The notes under the pieces: generated by a model | Seen by the model: only the letters and a program-made list of their open reading frames with translations | The model's database searches: none | What the model was told of the DNA's origin: nothing | Part shown: positions 36,909 through 46,422 of the stretch, piece by piece | How positions within the stretch are numbered: position 1 is the first letter of the stretch | Layout: the number at the start of each line of letters is the position of its first letter | Made by a program: the position numbers and the translations under genes | Source: a virus | Length of the DNA: 64,000 bases | Virus record (IMG/VR): IMGVR_UViG_3300042486_001390 | Location: 1-64,000 of that record | Reading direction: 5' to 3' (one strand)

Positions 36909-37370
36909 TTAGGCACTGGCACGCTGAGAAAAGCGGTAACATACCTCTTGATAGGAGATGCTTTGGATTTCTCCTTTGACATTTTCAAATACCCAGTAAT
37001 CGCCGTCGCTGTCTTGGTAGATAGCATTTAAATTAATAGGAATTTCAAAAGTTGCTGCCACCTCTCCTTTTTTGCCTTCAAATTTTCGGCTTACAGGCTC
37101 GATAAACTTCTTAGTGAATCCACCGTGCTTAATATCTTTTTCGGGTGAGATTTTCGCTACCCATGCTCTCCAAGCGCGGCGAGGAGTTTCTAGGGTAAGA
37201 GTGCGAGTTTTAGGCAATCTTTTAAAGCTTACGATAGTATTTTTCTCGATTGCTTCGATAGCGGCTTCTACCGCTAAGATTTTTTCAATTAGTTTACGCT
37301 GGTTTCTCCGTCCTCTAGTAATCGCTAGTTGAGCGTTTAGTCGAGCCAGTTTAGATTGTAGGTTATTCAT
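36909..37370 (-). CDS. Hypothetical early protein
   Basis: 153 aa, GAGG RBS, N-terminus shared with 34566-34766. Confidence 0.7.
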   Translation of the reverse strand: MNNLQSKLARLNAQLAITRGRRNQRKLIEKILAVEAAIEAIEKNTIVSFKRLPKTRTLTLETPRRAWRAWVAKISPEKDIKHGGFTKKFIEPVSRKFEGKKGEVAATFEIPINLNAIYQDSDGDYWVFENVKGEIQSISYQEVCYRFSQRASA

Positions 37371-37705
37371 TTGATTTGTCCTCTTTGTTTTGCTTACATT
37401 CCTAATATAGATCGATCCTCTTGATGAGTGTTGGCAAAGTGTGACAGTTTATCAAGTGTCACTGTGGATACTTTTGTACTGGACTGATTGAATATCCGAT
37501 TTATTGCCGATTTTCAGTATATTTGGTTGTTATACGTCCATTTTTATTGATTATTACCGTTGAGAATATCACTAAGCATTTTTAACTACTATAGAAGTTC
37601 CTTCCTTTAGATCAACTTAATTTTATCGGTTTATTTTTTGGTTACACGGCACAAAATTTGTTAATTTGGCATAATATTGATTAATCGAGATTACATTTTA
37701 ATTTA

Positions 37706-38395
37706 ATGCCAAGACGAAAAAAAGTACCACCAAATAACTCAACCCCAACCCCTAAAAGCCCTGTATCAGGTAAGGCTAGTCGGTTTGATAATCTAATACC
37801 AAATGTACCTATCGAGTTTGGTCATTATCCAATTTGGGAAAGACAACCCTACGAAATGTCTCAATGGTTTGAAAAATTTCAAGCTTTTTATATCCATCTT
37901 CCTGCGGGGTACAGGACATTAAATCGTGCTTTTAATGATTGCGCTATGTCGGCAGGTGAGGAAATTCCAAAGACTGAAAGTAAACGCAGTATCACCGTTC
38001 CAGAACAATGGCAATTAGCCTATAAAATTTATCGCTGGGAAGATCGAGCTAAAGCATATTGGCTTAAAAAAATACAAGATCAAGAGGCTTATAGAGATGG
38101 AATTTTAAGCCAAATAATAGATAAAAGCATAAAGAATGCTTTTAAAACACTCGAAAAAAGCGAAGAGATAAACAATCGTTCGCTAGACGATCCTAACGGT
38201 AATTGGAGTCACAAAGACGCTGTGATCATGACTAAAGCTGTCACGGAAATAGTAGAAAAAGCATTAGGGCTTGACACTGTAGAATATGCTATTAGTATTT
38301 TACAAAAAAATGGGTTGGCCGCAATCGACCCCGACGGGAACCTAATAGGACAGCCAACAGATAAAGGTAATTTAGAAGATGAAACTATCTTATAG
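37706..38395 (+). CDS. Terminase small subunit (putative)
   Basis: Overlaps the large subunit gene; WERQP-x-E and W-x-x-RA-x-AY motifs. Confidence 0.65.
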   Translation: MPRRKKVPPNNSTPTPKSPVSGKASRFDNLIPNVPIEFGHYPIWERQPYEMSQWFEKFQAFYIHLPAGYRTLNRAFNDCAMSAGEEIPKTESKRSITVPEQWQLAYKIYRWEDRAKAYWLKKIQDQEAYRDGILSQIIDKSIKNAFKTLEKSEEINNRSLDDPNGNWSHKDAVIMTKAVTEIVEKALGLDTVEYAISILQKNGLAAIDPDGNLIGQPTDKGNLEDETIL

Positions 38396-40016
38396 AAATC
38401 TATCTAAGATAAAAGCAGCGACCGAAAAATATAAACTTGTTAATACCAAAGAAGAAATTGTTTTCCCTCAATTACAAGAGGGAAAACAAGCTTTATTTGG
38501 GGAAATTGATGCTGATGTAATCTTCTATGGCGGAGGCGCAGGAAGTGGCAAGAGTGCCGGGCTATTAATTGATTTTGCCCGTCAAGAATTTATTAGCAAT
38601 CCTGACTATCGGGCTGTTATATTTCGTCGGACGTATCCTGAATTTACTCAAGCAGGTGGACTAATAGATGAAAGCCAAAAAATCTATCAAGCAGTGAAAG
38701 GTAATTTTATTGAAAAGCCTCCAGGGTGGCGATTTCCATTTGGATCAAAAATATCTTTTAGACATTTGCAATACGAAAAAACTGTCTATGTTTATCAAGG
38801 GGGACAAATTGCAAGGATAGGTTTTGACGAATTAACCCATTTTACAGAAGAACAGTTTTTCTATCTTCTCTCTAGAAACCGTTCAGTATCGGGAATTAAA
38901 CCCGCAGTTAGGGCAACTTGTAACCCCGATGCTGACTCTTGGGTAGCTAGTTTTATCTCTTGGTGGATCGACCCTAAGACTGGGTATGCTATTGAAGAAA
39001 GAGGGGGAATAGTTAAATATTTTATTAGACGAGAAAACATAATCCACTGGGCTGATACTAAAGAAGAACTAATCGATAAATTTAGTCTTAAAGATGAACT
39101 TTTTGACCTTATTCCTAAAGATAAAAGAGAAAAGTTTTTATCAAATACAGATACTAATATTACACCAGATAATCTGATTAAGAGTTTTACTTTTATTCCA
39201 GCTACGATTTTTGATAATCCAGCTTTAATTAGGGTTAATCCTACTTATTTGGCTAACCTTTACGCTTTACATCCTATTGAGCGGGAAAGACTTCTCAGAG
39301 GTAACTGGAAAGTTAAATATGAAGCTGGTACGGTATTTGATCGGACTTGGTTTGAGATTCTCGATAAAATCCCCGATAGTTGGAAATTAATAGGTAAAGT
39401 GAGATTCTGGGATTTAGCGGCAACTGCTAAAGAGAATGCTGAGAATTATCATTGCTATACCAGTGGCACTCTTGTCTATAAATACCAAAGAATTAAGAAT
39501 ACACTACCAGATTCAACCGAGATTAAGGAATTTACTTATGTGATTGCGGACAATATCTGTGAGCAGAAAAAGGTAGGGGAAGTTGAATTAATGCTTAAAA
39601 ATACTGCTGAATTGGATGGGAAAACTGTAGCTGTAAGATGGGAACAAGAAGGGGGATCGAGCGGTAAATTTGTTGAAAATACCATTACTAATGTAATTAG
39701 AGAAAATCATCCGAACCATGACGTTAAAGCGATCGTACCTCAAGGGGATAAGCTAACGCGAGCTTTACCAGTAGCCACGGCAGCTAGTCGGGGACAAATC
39801 TTTATCTTAAGAGATGGGACGTGGAACACTCGGTTTTTAAATGCCTGCCAGGGTTTTGATGGTAGCAAAAAAACACCCCCGACTAACGACATCGTAGATA
39901 GCCTATCGGGAGCATTTTATTCCCTTGAAAATGAGTTTCAAGAACATGAGAGAATTATTAGCACGATTGTTACTTCTGCTCCTGTTAATCGGTTTAGAAG
40001 CGGTTTTAGGGGTTAG
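38379..40016 (+). CDS. terL: Terminase large subunit
   Basis: Walker A YGGGAGSGKS, Walker B IGFDELTHF, ATCNP, nuclease WDLAAT...DIVDS. Confidence 0.92.
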   Translation: MKLSYRNLSKIKAATEKYKLVNTKEEIVFPQLQEGKQALFGEIDADVIFYGGGAGSGKSAGLLIDFARQEFISNPDYRAVIFRRTYPEFTQAGGLIDESQKIYQAVKGNFIEKPPGWRFPFGSKISFRHLQYEKTVYVYQGGQIARIGFDELTHFTEEQFFYLLSRNRSVSGIKPAVRATCNPDADSWVASFISWWIDPKTGYAIEERGGIVKYFIRRENIIHWADTKEELIDKFSLKDELFDLIPKDKREKFLSNTDTNITPDNLIKSFTFIPATIFDNPALIRVNPTYLANLYALHPIERERLLRGNWKVKYEAGTVFDRTWFEILDKIPDSWKLIGKVRFWDLAATAKENAENYHCYTSGTLVYKYQRIKNTLPDSTEIKEFTYVIADNICEQKKVGEVELMLKNTAELDGKTVAVRWEQEGGSSGKFVENTITNVIRENHPNHDVKAIVPQGDKLTRALPVATAASRGQIFILRDGTWNTRFLNACQGFDGSKKTPPTNDIVDSLSGAFYSLENEFQEHERIISTIVTSAPVNRFRSGFRG

Positions 40017-40200
40017 TGGTAGTCCATCCACATTTCCAAACGATACCAGAGGTGTTAATGTTAATACGCTCTATTTCAATTGGATTGTCGTTATTGCTAT
40101 CAAAATAATTACACCAATGCCAGATAGCTTCTGTTTTTGATTCCGATACAATAAGAAGACTAAATGATGTAACTGAATCTTTAACTAGGTACAAATTCAT
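40006..40200 (-). CDS. Hypothetical protein
   Basis: 64-aa ORF at the end of a minus-strand cluster. Confidence 0.55.
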   Translation of the reverse strand: MNLYLVKDSVTSFSLLIVSESKTEAIWHWCNYFDSNNDNPIEIERININTSGIVWKCGWTTTNP

Positions 40201-40218
40201 AATAGTTGTAAAAATATT

Positions 40219-40509
40219 CTAATTAATTTGATTTACTAGAGACTCTCGATAAAGTCTTTCGCGTTCTATCCAGAAACGAGCAGAAGGTACGCCTAAAGCT
40301 AATTCCATTTTATAAGCAATACAAACAGTAATTTCTTCTTTACCTTTTATGAGTTGATTAATAGTCTTTTTCGGCAACCCCATGCGACTAGCAAATTCAG
40401 TTCTAGTTATTTTTCTTTCTTTTAGGATTTCACTAAGGGTTTCTCCTGGTGGAGAAACAAAATCTGATGTATATTTATTTTCAATAGTATTAGTCATAGA
40501 TTTGATCAA
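40219..40509 (-). CDS. HigA/VapI-type XRE HTH antitoxin-like protein (orphan)
   Basis: SPPGETLSEIL...FASRMG...INQLIKGK...LALGVPSARFW. Confidence 0.8.
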   Translation of the reverse strand: MIKSMTNTIENKYTSDFVSPPGETLSEILKERKITRTEFASRMGLPKKTINQLIKGKEEITVCIAYKMELALGVPSARFWIERERLYRESLVNQIN

Positions 40510-40512
40510 TAG

Positions 40513-41046
40513 TTATAAATAATCATAAACAAAATAATTAACAACTTTAATAGCTTCCTTGACTCTTGGAATAAAGTCAATATCTAAGCTGATAAACATA
40601 AAAGGGTCTTCTGTTTTTTTTGTGTTTTTTAGTTTATGATAGCACGAAATATCTAGTAATAAAATATCTCCTGCTTTTAAAACCAATCTTTGTGTATCTT
40701 TTCTTTGGACTAATAAAGAGTTTATTTGATCATCCATACTTTTAAAGGGAGTATAATTTTTTAAGAGTTTTTCTAAAGTATTATTGTTTACTGTAGAAGA
40801 GTAGAGTTCATAGTTGTCACTCTGAACAACTAAAATAATTGAATATTTTCTACCCTTATAAATGTCGTCAGTGTGCCAATTTACTCCTATCGTTCCCCAT
40901 GAAGCATAAGAGTCTTCGCACGTATCATAAAGAGGGTGTATATTGTTATGTGTTACGAAACACTTAGTGGTATAACAAGAATCAGTTGCTATTTTGTTTA
41001 ACCTGTCTAAATTGTGATATTCGCCTAATTTATACAGAGGTTTCAT
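40513..41046 (-). CDS. 2OG-Fe(II) oxygenase / cupin-like protein
   Basis: WHTD (HxD) and a distal LKAGDILLLD...YH. Confidence 0.55.
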   Translation of the reverse strand: MKPLYKLGEYHNLDRLNKIATDSCYTTKCFVTHNNIHPLYDTCEDSYASWGTIGVNWHTDDIYKGRKYSIILVVQSDNYELYSSTVNNNTLEKLLKNYTPFKSMDDQINSLLVQRKDTQRLVLKAGDILLLDISCYHKLKNTKKTEDPFMFISLDIDFIPRVKEAIKVVNYFVYDYL

Positions 41047-41095
41047 TTTTTATTTGGTTGATGATTGTTGACTGATAGCTGATAACTGATCGAAA

Positions 41096-41587
41096 CTAAG
41101 TAAATAATCTTGATGCAATACTAAGTAAATACACCCATTCTTCTTCAAGCATTAACATCATTCCAGAAGGATCGGGATTGGTAAGTAAGCAAAAGCTTAC
41201 TTCGTCTATGCGATCACTGTCGTAGAATAACTCAATATCAGTATTTGGAAATACTGTCATAAAGCCAAATTTAAACTTGGCATTTTGACGATTTTCGCAG
41301 GTTAGTGTAGCTGAATGACTTGGATTCTCCCACGGAATACGATCTCTAAAGCTTTGATAAGTTATTTTTAGTTTCCAGTCAATAACTGAGGGAAAGTCTT
41401 CTTTAAAATGTTCTTCCTTTACCCATTTAGCAATTTCGTCGATTATCCATTCTTGATCTTTTTGGATGAAGTAGTGAACGCCTTCTGAATATCGAAACGG
41501 GAATAACTTTGTTTCGTACCAGTTTAACTTGAACCCTTGCGGGTCTGAGTCAATTTTAGGGAATTGCCCTATATCCATCATTGTCAT
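41096..41587 (-). CDS. DUF6876-like protein (paralog of 44783-45118)
   Basis: FRYSEGVHY...WIIDEIA...SATLTCE; likely start MTMMD after a GGAG RBS. Confidence 0.55.
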   Translation of the reverse strand: MTMMDIGQFPKIDSDPQGFKLNWYETKLFPFRYSEGVHYFIQKDQEWIIDEIAKWVKEEHFKEDFPSVIDWKLKITYQSFRDRIPWENPSHSATLTCENRQNAKFKFGFMTVFPNTDIELFYDSDRIDEVSFCLLTNPDPSGMMLMLEEEWVYLLSIASRLFT

Positions 41588-41623
41588 GGTTTTTACTCCT
41601 AAATAAATTGTTTTTACTGACAA

Positions 41624-41845
41624 CTAATGATTGAGCAGATAATTTTCTAGTTCTTCTTCCGTGTAATTACATACAGGACGGTAATTTAATTCTTTATGGC
41701 AAAGATCGTAAAATTCAGCTTTACTGCCTGCTTTTTCCCATATCCAATGAATCATCTCACCGTCAATTCCTTGATTAATTGCCCACATATCCGCTTCAAT
41801 TTTCTCAGATTCATCTTTCCAGTTAGAATTTTGTTGCTGTGTCAT
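41624..41845 (-). CDS. Hypothetical protein
   Basis: 73-aa acidic ORF. Confidence 0.6.
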   Translation of the reverse strand: MTQQQNSNWKDESEKIEADMWAINQGIDGEMIHWIWEKAGSKAEFYDLCHKELNYRPVCNYTEEELENYLLNH

Positions 41846-41897
41846 GATACTTAACTCTTAGTGGTTTTTACTGACAACTGATAACTGACAACTGATA

Positions 41898-43214
41898 CTA
41901 TTTTTTGAGAATGAGTTTAGGCTTTTTGCTAAACTCAACTGGTAGGTTTTTTTGCTGGCAGACAGTCCGGCAATCTGTCCATCTTTTACCGACCTTAGCA
42001 AGATAGGAGTCTTGGTTCCACTCCACCTTGTACCCTGCTTTTTCGCAGGCTGTCTTATAAGGAAATTGAGATTCCTTCTGTCGAGCAGTAATCTGCTCTT
42101 CTCTAGCCTTTTCTAAGGCTTCTAGCTCGTTTTTGCGAACCTTAAAGGCTATGGCTTCGATTACTGCTCGATGCAGTTCGGTAGCATCTTTCGGAAAGGA
42201 TTCATAGCCATTTCTTAAATCGCGGCTACGGACTACTACCCGTCTTTCTTCGCCACTCGTAAGCCTTATTTGAATCCCTAGAGATAGGGATTCTTCGACA
42301 AGTTGGGGGAATTTAGCCCCAAAATCTTCAATCAATTTTTGATTTTCCGAAACTTCCGAAACTTTAGGAGCAGGTTCGGGTTCGGAAGCCGCTTCTACTT
42401 CTACTACTTTAGGATTTTCTATATCCCATTTTTTTCTGGTCCAATAACCAGAATAATGGTTTAATAATACCCACTCTTTTTCTGATCTGGGTTTTGGAGG
42501 ATCGGTTAACTGTTTGGCTTCCCCGCTGGGAAGCTGGTAGTTTACGACCCGAACGGTCACATAACCGCCATGGGATCTCGATCCCATTCCGTCAGATGAA
42601 GGGGTATCTGACCCCTCGGAATAGAACCTTTCGGTTCTTTCATTGATTATTATGCCGTGTGTCACGGCATAATAATCGCTATTTTCATAACGGTCGTATT
42701 TTTTTAACCTGTCTTTGATTGACAGGTAGTTGCCCCACTCTTTTTCCCGCGCTTCTTCCCGCGCTTCTACGGCTCTTTTTTCCGCTTTTTCTCTTTCGGC
42801 TTGGCCGGCAATCCAAGCCTCTTTCGCTTTCTTAGAAGCCTCTTTAGAAGCCTCTAAAGAGTCCAGATAATTAATGATTATCTGGTTGATTTCATCTTCT
42901 TCGAAACCTACTGAGTAAGTTAGGGAATTGAGATCAATTCCCCAAGCACCTGCCCACAGACTTCCGTCTGTAGTCATTTCCTCCTCGCTCGGTAAATATA
43001 AACCAGCGTAATCGCCGGTTAGTTGAGCCATTTCTGCCGTAACAGGAATCTCTGCCCAACTGGCAGTAGGCAAAGGGACGAGGCGGTCTTCAAACCCGTC
43101 ATTGTACCAGAAGCACTCCCCTTCTCCTTGTACCGCGATCACTTTGCTTTCAAACAACAGACCTCCGTCCTCAGTGTCAAAGGGGATGTATGCGACGGTG
43201 ATTTGAGATTTCAT
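41898..43214 (-). CDS. Hypothetical early protein
   Basis: 438-aa ORF behind operator-promoter copy 4. Confidence 0.75.
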   Translation of the reverse strand: MKSQITVAYIPFDTEDGGLLFESKVIAVQGEGECFWYNDGFEDRLVPLPTASWAEIPVTAEMAQLTGDYAGLYLPSEEEMTTDGSLWAGAWGIDLNSLTYSVGFEEDEINQIIINYLDSLEASKEASKKAKEAWIAGQAEREKAEKRAVEAREEAREKEWGNYLSIKDRLKKYDRYENSDYYAVTHGIIINERTERFYSEGSDTPSSDGMGSRSHGGYVTVRVVNYQLPSGEAKQLTDPPKPRSEKEWVLLNHYSGYWTRKKWDIENPKVVEVEAASEPEPAPKVSEVSENQKLIEDFGAKFPQLVEESLSLGIQIRLTSGEERRVVVRSRDLRNGYESFPKDATELHRAVIEAIAFKVRKNELEALEKAREEQITARQKESQFPYKTACEKAGYKVEWNQDSYLAKVGKRWTDCRTVCQQKNLPVEFSKKPKLILKK

Positions 43215-43247
43215 AACTTTGTCCTCTTGTGTTTTGCTTACTCTCTT

Positions 43248-43310
43248 ATCTTATGACATTCTCCCAATAAAGTCAAGTGGGTGGGAGAATCTTTTTTGAG
43301 CAGATGTACT
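43248..43310 (-). promoter_or_regulatory. Operator-promoter cassette, copy 4
   Basis: TTGACT-N17-TAAGAT with ATTCTCCCA/TGGGAGAAT arms. Confidence 0.8.
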
Positions 43311-43429
43311 ACTTATTAATCCCAAATAGTTGATAATGATAACTGATAACCTTAATCTTCTATGCGCCAATCTGCATTTGCTACAGCATCATCTTATTAG
43401 GTTTCACCGTTGAGTACTGATTGGACAAC

Positions 43430-43735
43430 CTACCCCTTTATCTGTTTTACACACAAATATCCTCTATTTCCGTCAGAACGACGGAAATTCAATTCGGTAA
43501 ATGTTCCACACCTCCAAGATGGAAGCAATAATACTTTTGGGTTTTCGTGTCCTTGTGATGTAAGGTAGTGATTAGCTTTGTGGAGTGTTTGACCTACTCC
43601 AAACACTGCCATTCCGATTAAGGTAGCAATCAAAAGATACGATGCGTTCTCTAGCCTTGCAATTGTTCCTAGTATTTTTCTGGATTCCTCGTTCATGCTA
43701 TCCTCATCAGTGCCTAGAATTGAGCCGCTAGGCAT
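43430..43735 (-). CDS. Hypothetical single-TM protein
   Basis: Hydrophobic segment YLLIATLIGMAVFGVG. Confidence 0.5.
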   Translation of the reverse strand: MPSGSILGTDEDSMNEESRKILGTIARLENASYLLIATLIGMAVFGVGQTLHKANHYLTSQGHENPKVLLLPSWRCGTFTELNFRRSDGNRGYLCVKQIKG

Positions 43736-43762
43736 ACGGGAAAGGTTCCCGTTTCGGATCGG

Positions 43763-44149
43763 CTAGGGCTTTTGTAAAAACAAACAGCCTAAAACATTTG
43801 AGGGGTTAGACTCATCCCGGACGATTGCACCGGGGGCAAGGCAGTCCGTCCGTCCTTGTTTACTAGCGGCCGCCGCCACTAGCCCAGAGACAATGTAGAA
43901 AGTTTCCCCGTCTGCATCTGGTAGCCCCTCAATATCCCCGTAAATAACGGTTTCTACTGGGATACCGTCAATGGGTTCTGCGGGTTCGTTGGACATTTTA
44001 ACTCGCGGGAGAATCCCCGATGCGGGAATTTCCTTAAGAATCACAATCTTCTCTTTGTTTCCCAGAAACTGTTTCTTTGCATCTTGGGTGATGCCAGCTT
44101 CTTTGTTTAATATGGTGATAGTGTGAGGGGTTGCGTTGACAATAGCCAT
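43763..44149 (-). CDS. Conserved-looking phage protein with an N-x-TPH motif
   Basis: Likely start MAIVNATPH after GGAG; GLP and YIVS motifs. Confidence 0.65.
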   Translation of the reverse strand: MAIVNATPHTITILNKEAGITQDAKKQFLGNKEKIVILKEIPASGILPRVKMSNEPAEPIDGIPVETVIYGDIEGLPDADGETFYIVSGLVAAAASKQGRTDCLAPGAIVRDESNPSNVLGCLFLQKP

Positions 44150-44204
44150 GGTTTTTACTCCTAAATAATTGTTAGCTGACAACTGATAACTGATAACTAA
44201 TTTA

Positions 44205-44732
44205 TTAATCACAAACTACCCGAAAACCAATATTACGCCAGCGACATTTTTCAAAATAGTAACTGAGTTGTGCCGCACAACATTCATAGGAGCAGGTATC
44301 GAATCCGCCCCCACGGGGAACGTTTTGACACCATTCCCAGACGTTGCCGTGCATATCGTACAATCCCCAATTGTTAGGTAATTTCTGACCCACAGGATGA
44401 GTTATTAATCCAGAATTATCTTCGTACCAAGCGTAATCTTTTAGCTGATCGAAATCATTACCAAAGCTAAATAGGGTTTCTGTACCAGCGCGACAAGCAT
44501 ATTCCCATTCTGAATTTGTAGGTAGGCGATAGTTTTTCCCTGTTATTCGTCTCAATTTCTGGTAAAAAGCTATAGCGTCGTCATAACTAACTTGTTCTAC
44601 TGGATTTTGGGGTTTGTGCATAAAATAAGAGGGGTTGTTTCCCATTACCTCTTGATATTGTTCTTGAGTTATTGGATATTTCCCAATTTTAAAGGTTACG
44701 TTCGGAATCTCTATCATTTCAATCTCAATCAT
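44205..44732 (-). CDS. Second, more diverged FGE-sulfatase domain protein
   Basis: YPITQEQY, RLPTNSEWEYACRAG, GLYDMHGNVWEW and GFRVVCD. Confidence 0.85.
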   Translation of the reverse strand: MIEIEMIEIPNVTFKIGKYPITQEQYQEVMGNNPSYFMHKPQNPVEQVSYDDAIAFYQKLRRITGKNYRLPTNSEWEYACRAGTETLFSFGNDFDQLKDYAWYEDNSGLITHPVGQKLPNNWGLYDMHGNVWEWCQNVPRGGGFDTCSYECCAAQLSYYFEKCRWRNIGFRVVCD

Positions 44733-44782
44733 TTTTTTGGCTCCTAAATAATTTGTTTTTACTGATAACTGACAACTGATAA

Positions 44783-45118
44783 CTAATACTCGGAGGATAG
44801 CAATAGAATACCGTCACACAACCAAAGCGTGACCTCCGAAAAAGGAAACTCGGTAAATGGGATCTGCTGAGTTATGACAGATTCATTGTCTTGTTCGCAG
44901 GTAAGGACTGCGGATTTATCGGAGTTAACTATTAACATCCAGAACTGAATCTGGCTTGAATCAAGTTTTTTTTGCCATGACGCAATTGCATCAAGTAACC
45001 AATAGGCTTTACCATTTTCGGCCACATATTTTACACCATCGGTGTACTCAAACGGGTAATTTTTATTACTGTAGTAATTTTCCGTGCCATGAAAATTACT
45101 AAGATTTTCTTTGTTCAT
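44783..45118 (-). CDS. DUF6876-like protein
   Basis: FHGTENYY, YTDGVKY, AYWLLDAIAS and LLLSSEY; likely start MNKENL after GGAG. Confidence 0.65.
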   Translation of the reverse strand: MNKENLSNFHGTENYYSNKNYPFEYTDGVKYVAENGKAYWLLDAIASWQKKLDSSQIQFWMLIVNSDKSAVLTCEQDNESVITQQIPFTEFPFSEVTLWLCDGILLLSSEY

Positions 45119-45174
45119 GATTTTGACTCCTAATAGGTTGCTAATAACTGATAGCTGATAACTGATAACTGGTA

Positions 45175-45612
45175 TTAAAACTCTTGCCATGTCGTCGGAT
45201 CGGACATTGGCTCACTGTACCGACTTAAATCCGATGGTTCGTTATCATCGTAAATAAAATCGTCGTTCGGTTCGTTACTAGGAATCTCATAGTAGCGTCC
45301 GCCGCAATCCACAAAGCCCATCGTAGGGGACAATGCAAAAGCTTTTTTGACGGGTTGAAATTCGATTGCGGGTAATTCCTGGTTGGGAAGTTTTCCGTCG
45401 GGGCTGAAACCCCGACTTAACTTGCCATTAAAGGCATCAAACCACCACTCCTTCCCAGTTTGCTGGCAAGTGACTCGGAGGGTCGTTATTTGTCCCTCTC
45501 CCCATACTTCAAGAGCGACACGGTGTTTTTGTCCTTTGGCGACCATGACAAAATTACCAGACATAACGGGGACGGAGTTAGATTTGACGGATACGCGATT
45601 GGATGCTAACAT
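45175..45612 (-). CDS. Hypothetical protein (first gene of a leftward operon)
   Basis: ORF likely starting at MLASNR. Confidence 0.6.
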   Translation of the reverse strand: MLASNRVSVKSNSVPVMSGNFVMVAKGQKHRVALEVWGEGQITTLRVTCQQTGKEWWFDAFNGKLSRGFSPDGKLPNQELPAIEFQPVKKAFALSPTMGFVDCGGRYYEIPSNEPNDDFIYDDNEPSDLSRYSEPMSDPTTWQEF

Positions 45613-45775
45613 GACTTTTGACCTAATAAGGGTTGACGGAAAGGCGATCACACTAATTTGTGGTTGGGAGTGGTCGTCTTTCTCTATATCTGTATATTAC
45701 CGCGAAGTCAGTAATATTGTCAAGCATTATTCCAAAAAAAGTTATAATAAATTGTAGAGACACAAAACTAATACA

Positions 45776-45979
45776 ATGGTACTAAAAAACAGAGTCAAAG
45801 AATTTACACAGTCTAGAGGTATCACAATCTATAAATTCATTCAACAAACAGGGATTGCGATGTCCACGGGATACAAACTATCTCAGAATCCTAATCACTT
45901 ACCGTCTATCACAGTCTTACAGGCAATCTGTAACAGATACGAGATACAGCCTAACGAAATTGTCTATTGGATTGATTGA
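45776..45979 (+). CDS. Cro/C1-type (XRE) HTH regulator
   Basis: ITIYKFIQQTGIAMSTGYKL...LQAICNRYEIQPNEI; divergent from the leftward operon. Confidence 0.8.
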   Translation: MVLKNRVKEFTQSRGITIYKFIQQTGIAMSTGYKLSQNPNHLPSITVLQAICNRYEIQPNEIVYWID

Positions 45980-45997
45980 AAGTGTGATATACTGGCA

Positions 45998-46072
45998 AGC
46001 GGGGTGAGTGAAATGGTTTCCACATAGGCCTCATAAGCCTAAAACACTAGGTTCGACTCCTAGACCCCACAT
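45998..46072 (+). tRNA. tRNA-Met(CAT)-like gene with an imperfect acceptor stem
   Basis: D arm GTG...CAC, anticodon TAGGC-CTCATAA-GCCTA, T arm CTAGG-TTCGACT-CCTAG; two acceptor mismatches; TATACT -10 box upstream. Confidence 0.7.
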
Positions 46073-46075
46073 TAA

Positions 46076-46134
46076 TCAAGTAAAATTCCAATTAAGAGAA
46101 TTATCAAATCCTTGAATGTCAGTAAGGAATTTTT
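46076..46134. repeat. 59-bp near-identical copy of 47809-47867 (3' end of the PadR gene)
   Basis: TCAAGTAAAATTCCAATTAAGAGAATTATCAAATCCTTGAAT... with 3 mismatches. Confidence 0.85.
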
Positions 46135-46299
46135 AACTGACAGGGGGACAAGAGGACTGAATCTATATATCATAAGCTTTTCATGGTTTTAGCTCGAAAA
46201 AATTCGCCGCACCATATCTCGCTTATTAATAATAATTCCCAGTAAGCTTGCTCCTGTCCCTAATTCTTTCGTTGGCTTTTTGCCTAGAATCGCTAGTTC

Positions 46300-46394
46300 T
46301 TTAAATCAGGCGCAGAACCCCGCAGGGGAAAGAAGCAGAAACCTAAATCGTGAGGCTTGGGAATCGCCGTCCGTTTACGGCGGTGAGAGTGAAA
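46300..46394 (+). mobile_element. Possible IS605 right-end / omegaRNA-like remnant
   Basis: GAAGCAGAAACC...GGGAATCGCCGTCCGTTTACGGCGGTGAGAGTGAAA resembles the terminal hairpin of tnpB right ends. Confidence 0.45.
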
Positions 46395-46422
46395 CTTCCG
46401 GGGTCACGGTTTCGATCAACGG

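Noticed and set aside
37441-37462. GTGACA-N10-TGTCAC palindrome as a CRP or NtcA site
   Set aside because: Spacing fits neither consensus, and it is a single occurrence
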